The position numbers and the translations under genes were made by a program. The notes under the pieces were generated by a model. That model ran no database searches. It was given only the letters and a program-made list of their open reading frames with translations, and was not told the origin of the DNA. From positions 61,010,001-61,074,000 of the forward strand of contig CM052816.1 of NCBI GenBank assembly GCA_028534125.1: DNA of 64,000 nucleotides, in the 5' to 3' direction. Positions 1 to 11,773 of this stretch are shown here, piece by piece; within the stretch, counting starts at the first letter, position 1; every line of letters begins with the position of its first letter. Source of the DNA: Lama glama (lineage: Eukaryota).

Positions 1-102
1 TAAGTACGTCAATCATCGGTATGGGCCTTAACTACAAATTACTCAGTAATATAGAAACTAAAAATGTCTTCTCTATTTCCTCAAAAGATTTAAATTATTA
101 CT

Positions 103-327
103 TTTATTCAAATTTAAAAATTTTATCATTACCAAAACAAAAATCCTAATGAAGAGTTCTTATTGTTTAATTTTAATTTTCCAGTATTTGAGATGAAAAC
201 TCTGGCTATTAGTTTAAGAGAAAGCTATTTTGCTATTCGTTTTTTTATATCATGTGTCACTTTACTCATCTTGGTAGCAAACTTTCTTACTTGACTTTAT
301 GTGTTACGAGAACGTTAAAAATTTATT
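103..327 (-). terminator. Candidate distal polyadenylation signals
   Basis: Plus-strand tttatt at 322-327 and 103-108; usage unverified. Confidence 0.4.
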
Positions 328-1974
328 TAACTAGAATAAAATACTAGTGCATTTAACACTTGCATTACTTGCAATATTTCACTATAATATGCAGACAGCT
401 AACTAAAAGGTTAGATCACTGATGAATCAATTGTTCTTTGTGGCTTATTTCCTTTTCCAAAATTATAGTCTGTGTATCTGATTCAAGGTAAGAAATTTGA
501 AAATGTCATAATTATACGTATTTGATATATTCCTTGCTAAAAGCAGAATGTGACTGTGAAAAATTGATTAAAACCAATAAAAAATGATGGGAATAATTTT
601 AGAATGTCAAAGTTAATATTTTAAAATAAACTATGAATAAAGGGAACACCGAGGCTTGTCTTAAAGAACTGTTTGTCATTCTTTTTTTAGAGATTACAAC
701 ACACATACAATAAATGAATTTTATCAAAATACAGCACATTTCATCTACTATATCTATAAAAATCAATTCCTATGTAAATAGTAATGAAAATCAACTAAAA
801 TGAGTTAAAATTTACAAAGAGTTGTTAAAGGGTTTCAATCAATATTATTAAAACTATACAGTACAATAACCAATTGATAACATCTTGAAAGAAGTGCAAT
901 ATTTGAGTTCACATCTTTTTAAAAGTACTGCCTGTTTACTCTGACTAGCAAGAAACGAACGAGTCCAACTCACTTTCGCAAAAATAACACAGATTGCTGT
1001 TTTTGCTAGTCCTATAAAAGTCTTAATTAAAACAAGGTTGAAAAACAAAGCATAACAGACTAAAATTCCAAAATTATATTTCTTAGTAATTAAAAATGAA
1101 TTGCAATAACCGAATATTGCTCTAATGAAAGGCTCCAGACTAGCCTCGACTAAAAACAGTTATTGGTCTTCTATGGCACTTTGTTCTGGTCCAAATAACC
1201 ATGCATTAATTCTTACCATTGCATGTTACTCAAATTTTATTTGATTACATAGACAGAACAAAAACAAATAAAATTGATGGTCTGAATAAACAAAATTAAT
1301 AAACCTCCATCAAATATTTGTTACACTAACAAGGAACGAAGGCAGTTGGTGGTAAAACACTATTACACTGATACACTTAGAAACCCTTTAAAGACTCTGA
1401 AGTGTCGAGTTCACATTTAATGTTACCTCTAGGAACAGCCCTTTATTCGAACACCTTTACACACTGGTAGGCCTCAAGGACCCATCCCTTTGCTCTGCAA
1501 CTCTCCACAGCAATTCTCTATCACTGTGCCAGTTTCACAAACTTGCTTTGGTTTCCTAGCTCCATGCGTACTGTTTCCTTTTACTTTACCAAGGCCATGT
1601 GAGGCCAAACAAAATCAAGAGGCTTTCCTAAAACTTCTTACATTTTGTGTTACAGCAACACAATCCTAAAACTGGCCATTTTAATTTCATTCGTTGCTTA
1701 AAATATAAATTAGAAATTAAGATTAAGATGGAGTTCTAGTTATAAAACAGATCATAAGTACCACCATTTGCGAAAAAAATCAAGGTGGATTTCCATATCA
1801 CAGAAAATGCATGGACAAAAGAAAGAAAAAGAAAATGCATGGATATGCACCTACGGTAGTTAAAAATTTGTGACTAAAAAATTAAAAATTGAATCATAGT
1901 AGCAAATGTAATAGTCAATGGCCATGACAAGAACAGATCCTGTGGAGCTCCTAAAATGCAAATTATTGTCTTTT

Positions 1975-2007
1975 TTTATTTCTTTAAAAAGACATTACAT
2001 TTTTATT
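1975..2007 (-). terminator. Candidate proximal polyadenylation signals (two AATAAA)
   Basis: Plus-strand tttatt at 2002-2007 and 1975-1980; usage unverified. Confidence 0.45.
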
Positions 2008-2641
2008 GCATTATTCTATTCATAATACCACAGTAAGAGCTTCCCCCCCCCATTTCTTTGTTTCCAGATTTTTATAGGAAATAACTGTTTTAATCTGGCC
2101 TTGGAAAGTGAACCCACCAGCACCACCTTCACCTACTCACTCTTCAATTCAATATGCACATAGCAAAAGCCAACGCTTCAAATCTCTTGCCCACATTAAA
2201 AAAAAGTAGTTTTCAGCAGAAAAACATTAATACCAGTTGAATAAAAACAAAGGCATAAAAGCTATGAGATAGACAGCTCTGCCATCTGTCTCTGGGCTAC
2301 AACCAAGGCTAACTAGAGCCTTGCACAGAGTTCAACCATGTGTATGAAATCCAAAAATAAACCTACAATCTATACAAAAACAACATGTTTGTTTCTGTAG
2401 CCTTGATTGCTATGTTTAAAAACCTAACGAGAAGATTTATATGGTATGAATTCATAGTATCCCCTATACACTGTACAGTGGTTCTTTCCCTCTAACCACA
2501 AGTTCCATTACTTCATTAATGTACAAATTTGAACATAATTTGAGTTCTTCTTTATATATAAAAATAGTCAAAATATTACTTTCCCCCACAAGTATCTTCC
2601 AATAAATCTTGCTGACTCTCCCGTTTTTCAGTCCACAGTTC

Positions 2642-2749
2642 TTATGAGGAAACCTCTCGTACAATGATGAGTTCTACTGTGTTCTGGAAAGTTTTTAGCA
2701 AGGACACTGCTTGTCCATGTTCGATATTGATAAAACTGTAGCCATTAGC
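2642..2749 (-). CDS. ERBIN: ERBIN terminal coding exon (108 coding nt incl. TAA)
   Basis: ttctag|[35 protein letters not shown]. Confidence 0.98.
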   Translation of the reverse strand, partial: ANGYSFINIEHGQAVSLLKTFQNTVELIIVREVSS

Positions 2750-5700
2750 CTAGAAGAAAGAAGAAAACTGCTTTAAAAAACCCCAAACATTTCCTGGTAG
2801 TTTATTTGCATTTGTGCATTTAAATTTCTGCCAGGTAGTCCACAAACCTGGAAGGAAGAAAGAATCATTTTGGCAATTTAAAACAACATCTATATTCCTG
2901 AGCCTTACCCCTGTCTATGGAAATAAAATCTCTGAAGGTGGGACCCAGGAACCTGTATCTTGCCCACATTTTCAGATGATTCCTATATAGCAAGCTGACA
3001 TTAAGAAGCAATTGTCTAAGACACAAGGTCAGACATGGTGGTGTGTGTATGAACCAGTGTGCAGTGGAGATTCCACGCTGTTAAGAGTAGCTGAGGTCAA
3101 GGCCTTCCACTGTCCAGGAGCCACCAGACTAAGAACACTACACTTCTTATCATTGAAGCTTGACATTCATTGAGGTCTTACTATACACCAAACACATTGT
3201 TCTAAGTGCTTCTCATTAATTAAATCCTTCAATTCTCATAACACACAAAGGAGATTCTTTCATCATCATATTACACCACTCCTGAACTTCAGCGAAATGC
3301 TTAGAGGTATTAAAAAATATCAGTATGACTTTCTAAGGTACAACGGGGAAATATTTTAAACTCTGAAAGCACTAGAGAACAGCTTGTAAAAAATGACACT
3401 GTTTTCATTCACAAATATTTAAAGTTAACTTCATAAACTGCTTACTTTCAAATCTGGCATTTAATAATTCCTTGATGAGGAGGGCAGATGTTATAAAATG
3501 AAAAATAAAGAAAAAAAGATGTATCTTTAGTTACCTGAATAATTTTATCACCTGGTTGCAATAATTTTGATGCTGGTCCTTCAGGCTGTACTCTTGTTAC
3601 AAATATACCCTTTAAGAACAACAAAAAAGATAATTACGTAATGGAAAGCAGTATGCATAAATAAAAGAGCACGAAAGAGTAGTCTTTCTTTTTATAGTAC
3701 ACAAATACTTGAATTGTGGTACAAGTTTTCTCCCTGTCTTCTCGGAATAATATTGTGACAATGCTATGTTATTTATGCTTCTGGGAATTTCTTTCTTTCG
3801 TATAGTGATTTCTGTTAAAGTGATAAATAGTTACTTATATAAGGTGTGAAGAAAGTAATAACAATTAAAAATCACTTCACAATATGAACATTTACAATTT
3901 TTGGTTAAATTTGTATTCCTCAATCCTAACTGATCACATTTCAAAACAAAAAGCTAACCAGTATTGTGGGAAATCAAAAGGCGATGTCTGTCTAGATTTA
4001 TAGGAATATCTGTAAAGTTTCACTTATGCATAAAAGGCATTAAATTAGTAAATAAAAATTAATGGATATTTCAAGGATATATAAACAAAACTCACATCGT
4101 CATCAGGTCTGAATGGGTTTCCTCTTCCCCCAACACCTCCTGATATGCTGAATCCAAGCTCTGGATCCTTTTCAATTCTCACTCGAATCTGAGTTAATAT
4201 GAAAATAAACTTATTCCTATATCAGAAAAAGCTACAATAACATCCATATTTAAATACCGGTAAATTAAGTTCAAGAAAACACAAATATGTAAGAATTCAC
4301 CTAAAATATATATTGGGCAGATGAAATGAAGCTACAACATGAAATATTATGTTAATGAGTTAGTAAGTTAAAGGCACAGCTGGGATTATAAAGCACAGCT
4401 CCTAAATTAATCTACTGCTATCTTATGAAGATAAGCAACCAATTAATGTTGACTTCATATTTTCTGGACATCACGAACTTGAATGACATAGATCGTACAC
4501 ACAAAACACGTATTGTATTACCAATTTCCATTTGTGAAACACTTAGATTACATAGTATTTCTGACTATTGCATGATTCATAAGTCATCTAAAAGATCCCT
4601 GGGTGGTTGCTGGATATTAACTCATTTCCTCAATCTGTTTATATGCTTCAAGGGAGCTGGGATTAATAATCAACTTGTATTACATTTTATAACCAAGCTA
4701 CAGAAAAAGATGCAAGAATGAAACTTCTGTTATGTATCATTTTCTTTTTCCTCAGAGGACAAACAAACAAAAAGAAGAATGAAGCATTTGCTCTCTGATT
4801 CCAATAATATTTTATCAATAAACTATCAAAGTATATAAATATGTGACTGATGACTTTTTAAGTATTCTGTAAGATTTAATTCTCTAAGCAGTTTGGAGAC
4901 TATAGCCCAGTTTCAAAAGCTGAGTGTCACATAACAATTAGTGAACTATAATACACCATTCAAGTTTAATGGTCTGTTAGGTATATTCTTGAAGAAGGTC
5001 TGATTACTGGAGTATCATCAACTAGTTTTAGAAAAACAACCACCTTAGGGAACAAAAATTATGCCCCCAAAATACTACATCCTATGTCAATTTATCAGAA
5101 TGTGGGAATCATATTGTCAAAGTTTATCACCATATAAACTTAACATGAAAGAAGACCATTAAACAAAATGGTAAAAACTATGTTAAAATTCTATATGGAT
5201 TTACTGGTAAAGTTAAATAACCTAAAAAATACATTAAAAGCTAGTCTCATATTTCAAATATTGTTGATTATTCTTACCTCTTGCCTTGCCAGTTCATGGC
5301 CTTGTCTAGCAGAACAATGGGGCTGTGTGTATGGAGGTTGATGGGCCACTTTCAGCATCAAGTAATCAATTAGTTGTTCTCTAGAGGGATGCCTTGCCAC
5401 AGATGCCTGAGGAAAGGGGTGATGTATCTGACTATAATTTGCCTGAGGCCTGAGAGGCTGGCCCATCTGTCCATTACTCAAAGGCATCTAAGAAAAACAC
5501 GAAGTGTCTTAAAATGACCAACAATAATGTCTTATTACAAATATTTGGCTCTTCTTGGAGCATTACAAAAGCACTAGAGTTTAACATTCTAAATCACACA
5601 ATATCATGCCACGTATACTATTTTCTAAATTTTACACTTTTAAAAGAAAAAAGCTATTAATGTCTTAATTCTAAACCTGAGTGCTTGCTGTAGAGTCACT

Positions 5701-8700
5701 CTTTAAAGTCTTCAAATGAAAGTTATATCTGTATTTTAAATTATTTTCTTTTCTGTAACCATAACCAAATGTTAAAATGGTAAATAGTATGCTAAATTAA
5801 AATTTAAGTAAGCCCATTAAAAGGTCATCTTTCCCCATACTATAGTTAATATCTCACACACACACTCGCTGTTTTCTTCAGAATGAAAGTAACAAGTTTT
5901 GGGGTAGAATTTTTTTCACAATCTGAGTATAAATTTCTTTCTTTATTCCTTCCTTTCTAGAGTTAAAAAAACCAATCCATCAATGCAGGAAAAAACTGAT
6001 TTATTCCTCATGTATCTGTATGTGTTTATCAGTTTGTATTTTTAAAACTCTGTAGGTATTTCCAGAGAATGTTAATCACAAAAATTAAACCTTGACATTC
6101 TATTTTATTTTTCACAAGCTAAACAAAAAACTCCAGATTATTCTGTTGTTGTTAAAGGGTTATATCTTTGCTTTAAAGCCTCTCATTTTTTGAGATTGAA
6201 TTTTAGACTTAAACATCACCTTTGCGGAAATGTGATGATAGCTTATTCTGTTAACCCAAACTACAAAATGGATATTAAAAAAAACAACAAAAAAATCCCC
6301 TAAAAACTGAATAGCAGAGCTCAATTAAAAGAAAAATAGTGGAAAAAGAGTAAAATAAGTAGATACGTACAAACTTACATGGCTGGGTTCCTACTCTCAA
6401 GAACAATGTAAATGTTTATATAATAACCTAACTGTATTTCACAATTTTATCTGGTTGTATTAGAGATATGGGCTTAGTTAAGAGAAAGAACAGCTGAGGA
6501 GAATACTACAGAACTATGTATCTGGCATTGGTGACAAAAAAAAGTAAACTCTAAATGAGTGATGCTTTAGTTATAAAAGTAATGAGAATACAACCATCAT
6601 TCTACCACATACAAGTCTTTCAAGGTAATTTCCAATTGCATTGAAAGTATGTTAAATGTCTTTGGTAATCATAAAACATCCTCCAATGAAGAATTTAAGA
6701 CAGGTTCATATTTAACACTGCAAATAGTTTCACTGTCAAGAATGCCAAAAAGCCTTTGATTCACATGACAAAGTAAGTAAGTGATACTACAGAAATCCAA
6801 AAATAACAAAATGATTCTTCAGTGTGAAAAAAATCAGGGAATAACTGAGGAACAGCAGAGTGAAATTTTATTTCATATTCCTCAATTATTTAAAAAAGAA
6901 TCTTAGTAATCAAGAGGGAAAAGTCCTCAAAAAGTATTTTCATACATGATACTTCTAGTCAAAAGCGATACAACACAGTATGCTCACAGATACTACTTGA
7001 TTTCCTGAGCACCTACTTTCATCAAGCTGTCTGGAGGAACATCTTTGTGACTAAGTGTAGCTGACGAGTAGTTCTGCTGTCCTGAAATGAATATATCATC
7101 TTGACAAGGATCTCCTGGACAGGATGTCTGGGGATGCTTCAGATGAGGAGGAAATAAAAAAATAAACAAATAATGATCTTTAAGATGTGAAAGGAAAATG
7201 ATGATGACACTTGCGAGGAGACTAGGAAAAAATGTTACTAGATAATGGAAAGATGAAGAACTAAATCAAACATTACCATCATAATTGCAATCAATATTTA
7301 GTACCTTTATGATGGATGTTAACGAAACCTATTGTGGTAATCACTTTGCAATATATACATATACCAAACCATCATGATGTACAACTTGGACTAATATGTC
7401 AATTATATCTCAATGAAACTGAAAAAAAAAATTAGTACCTTAAACAACTTTCCAAAGTTGCATGGCAAAATTTGTTCTTATAATGTGTGAAAAGTATATA
7501 AGAATATACTATTAAGCTATTTCTTTATAATGCTTTTAGCTTTATTTACAGTAATACCTAGCTTTTAACATTGTGAACAATAAATTAAGTTATTAATCCA
7601 AGTTAAGAGTCCTAATAAAATACACATACTCCTGTTGAGCGCTACAAAAAGTTTTTTGGTAAAAAAAATTAACCGCTGTTCTTTTAACAGCACACTATCA
7701 CCTGGGAATTTCTCATTAATGATGAGCAATATCAATGAACATAAGGTCTTATAGAACTAGCTTTAGCTTAATTCTATTATACTAATATTAGTTCAGTATT
7801 TTCAAAAGCACTGGTCTGGTAAAATGCTTTTAAATTTAATTAACTAGAGTTCGTATTTTTAAAGATCAAATTATATCTTTATATCATAGTTTGTCTCACT
7901 GATACCTTTAGAGGACAAAAACAGACTCAATATCTCATTATCTCTGAATATATCTTTTAAATATGTTGGGAAATTAGATGCCTATTTTTCATCTTAATTT
8001 AGTTCTAAACACATCTAAGTATATTTAAGAAAACTAAAGACATTGTGATAAATAGCACGATTGTTACTTTCAAAACTGAATATGGCTGGCAACATAGCTA
8101 TGCAAACAAGATCATCATGTTGAAAAATAATTCGAGATCTACTTCATTATGATATGCAACAGGATACATACATAAATACATAAATCTAAGGGTTTATAAT
8201 TTAGTCTTAGAATCCACATCTGCAACAGATCTATCACGTGCAGTTTGTTGCTAGTTCAAACCATGGCTTAGCATTTTTAGATGTAGTTTGATCTAATTTG
8301 GGTGTTTACACAATGAATATTTTATTTTCCTTCTCCATTTTTGAGAATGCATAATAATCAACTTAGCTCACAGCTTGAAGTTTAAACTCAAGCCTGAATG
8401 TACAACTATGTCTGTAAATGCACAAGTCCATTACAAATGAAAAAGTGAAACGCATCAGACACAAAGGTTCTGAATTTAAGAATAACAAGCAAAAAATATT
8501 ACTGTTCAAGAACTGGGAAGAACAGTTATTCCTGGTGACTATAAAGGTTATCCCTGAGTTAATAAAAGCCCCTGGTTTTTACCCCCACTCCTGTTTCAAA
8601 CAACTAAGTTATGAAATGATTGCTGCCACTATTACATAACATGGAAACTAGGTGGTGGCAGGTGACAGAGGGCAGAGCAAGACAGGTGAGGCCCAGCCAG

Positions 8701-10314
8701 AGCAAAGGGAATCCGAGAGGCTGCTCCTATCCTACAATACAACAGAGTAAAAGCCAGGAATGTATTAAAAAGTAGCAGGGATCGGGGGTGACAGGGAAAG
8801 GGATGCTCAGGAAAAAGCAAAGCACCCAGAAGTAAGCAGAGTCAATATGTAAATTAAAATATGAGGGAGAGGATACAATAAGGCTATGTAAGGGAAGAAA
8901 GAACGAAAGGAAAGGGGCAGAGGAAATATTTATTTAGAGGACATGCTACCACCTCAAGTTTTGTGGAAAGAAAAATAGTAAAACAGTCTTGCAGAATTAT
9001 TCTGTTCTTCCTCCTTCCCTGTCCATATTCCGTACCCTTAACTTTCATTAAAAAAATTAACTTTTCTTCTTCCCTACTGATGATTATGCTGAATTGTGGG
9101 TAATAAAGGATTTTTGCCTTTTCACTGCACTTACTGTAATTTCTCCAGGCTCACATTTAATCATATTCAGGAAATAGTGATTAAACTTAGTTCCAGGTAT
9201 TTAATACGCCAATTCTCAATCATTAAAGTGAAAATTATTCTTTCCCACAACCCCTCTGTGTACTACGGCATGGCACAGCCTTAAAACCTTGAGTTAGTGA
9301 GGGCAAACTACTTTAATTAAGGGAAAACACTGCCAAGAAAAATAATTTTTAAAAAAATTTCTCAGGTGGTTATTCCTCTTGCTCACCCCTTTTTACATAA
9401 GCAAGAGCTCTGACTACATCCCTAGTTATGACAACAGAAACTTGATAAAGCCTAAATCAGCTCTGCAGAAAGTTTCAGAACTAAGCCATGGAAGAACTGG
9501 GAGGTAATCAGGATTTCTAACCCACAGTAAAAATGTATTCTCTAGAACAGTTAAAACATTAAAATGTGGGGTTTTGTTTTGGGGTTTTTTTTTTTCACTT
9601 TTACTGAAAGTACTGGTCTACTACAGGTACTCACTCGAAATATGTGCCCACCAGAACCTCTTCCGTCTGCAACACTCAAGGCAACACTGCCTTGGCTGCC
9701 ATGCAGATCCCTAGAGCTGCCATAGTGAAAGCTGCTTACAGCAGTAAAATTGGAATTAAAGGACCTTGACAGCATGCTCTGAATAAAGAGGGGATAGATT
9801 TAACAGAGATTAGTGCAGCATGCAAAATTCACAAGACAAGTTATATACATAGACATGTATAAAAGTAACCCCAATACCACACAGAAATAGCATGCAACAC
9901 AGAATTTCCAGTGCCACTGAGAGAAATTGGCACTATTTACCAAATATTTATTTACATGACAACATACATATACACACACCAATTACATGTAAACCCAACC
10001 AATCACCTGTTTAAACACCAAATAAGAAAGTACAAACATATAGCTGCTTTTATATTGCCATTATTTCTTTTATTCCTCATATATCTTACTAGAAGTTTGC
10101 CAGAAAATAGGAACTAATGTATTTGTATGTATATAGTTATACACAAAGCACAAACTAATTTCTTTATAAAGAGATTTTACCAACAAACAGTTATTAGTCA
10201 AAATGGGTTTCTGGAGAGTCTGCTTCATTTAACAGAAATTAATTCTGTCATATTAAATGAAGAGTTCAAACACAATATAGCACAAAAGTATATTTGCAAA
10301 AAAATACCTGGCTC

Positions 10315-10345
<31 letters not shown>

Positions 10346-11739
10346 CAAAACCTGGCTCTTGGCTACTGCAATTTTTGATAAAAATTTTCTTCCACATTTT
10401 GAAAACTGTCTTACATTAGAGAAAATGTTCACATATACGAAGAGTTTTAGGATATAATATTTAAAAGGCTCCTACTGCTCCACAATTACCAGGAAAAAAA
10501 AAAACTAGAAAATGCACATGTAAAAATTTTTTCTCGTTCAAATACAGGTATTATATTTTAGAAGTTAATGGTGGCTTTACTACTTAAACTTGAAGAACCA
10601 CTGACAGAATCCTTCCACAGACTGATTTTACATAAAAGCCTAATAGCTAATTTCAGAGATGCCTGAAAAATGTACTCCAATAAATGCACTGCCTGATTAT
10701 CATTGTTCCTGCTTGTTTATTCAGTTAACTGCTCTTCTTCCATGTGGGTTTTAGTCATGTCCCTGAACACTGAGGGTCTGCGGGTCTGAGGGTCAAACTG
10801 AGAGAAACAATATTTTGGTCATGGCCTGTTATTAAGAAATGCAGAAATGCCAAAACAATTATTTCTATGTTATTCTTAGGAAATACATACTTTCTCCAGA
10901 TTATGAAGTTGATCTCTAACACCAAGAAATATTAATGACATTCTAGAATGAAAAGGATCTGTGAAATTATAACGTACACTTACAGTTATTTTGTGGATTC
11001 TAAAGTAACGACTAAAGAAAAAGCTAAGTTAATAAGGCAGGCCTGTACTTCCTTAAACCACTTCACAAAGTGTAAGAATTTGGCAAAGGCAATTCAGAGG
11101 TTCCACAAAATTTGATTAGAATGTAAAAGTAAATTATACACGTAATCACACACACCCAGAAACATATAAATAACACACACTCATGTGTTATACAGTTTCA
11201 ACATGTGAACTTGAGTGGTCTGACTGACCCTTTTTTAATGATATGTCAATCCTGGAACAAAGCTTTCTCTGTCATCTTTGAAAACATATGCGATTTTTGT
11301 AAACATTCCTCTGAGAAAGAAAGCTTAAGCTCAGAACAGGTCTGAATTTGAGTTCAGGCTTGTACACAGACATCCACATAAAACTGCACCCTGTCACAAT
11401 ACAACAACACTTTGTGCAAAGCTCAATTAAGTGCTGGGCATATGTCTTGGGCACTGTTGTTCATTACATGCTAATGGCTGTATAAGAGCAATATTATGGA
11501 ACATGGCCGAGTGCTCCCTAAGTTTTCAATAAGGAATATTAGCAAATGCTGATATTCTAAGAACTCAATTTTGAAATAAATTTTTATTCTTTCAATATTT
11601 GCTGATTAGTTTAATTAAATAAGTCTTTAGAGTTCTGTTTTGGGGCAGGGGGGAGAGGTAATTGAGTTTGTGTGTGTGTGTGTATATATATATATATGTA
11701 TATATATGTGTGTGTGTGTGTGTATACACACACACACAG

Positions 11740-11773
<34 letters not shown>

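Larger units (their letters stand above)
80..2641 (-). other. ERBIN: ERBIN 3' UTR (distal end approximate)
   Basis: Follows the stop codon; no recognisable repeats; minus-strand AATAAA at 2002-2007, 1975-1980, 1442-1447, 1236-1241, 322-327 and 103-108. Confidence 0.75.
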
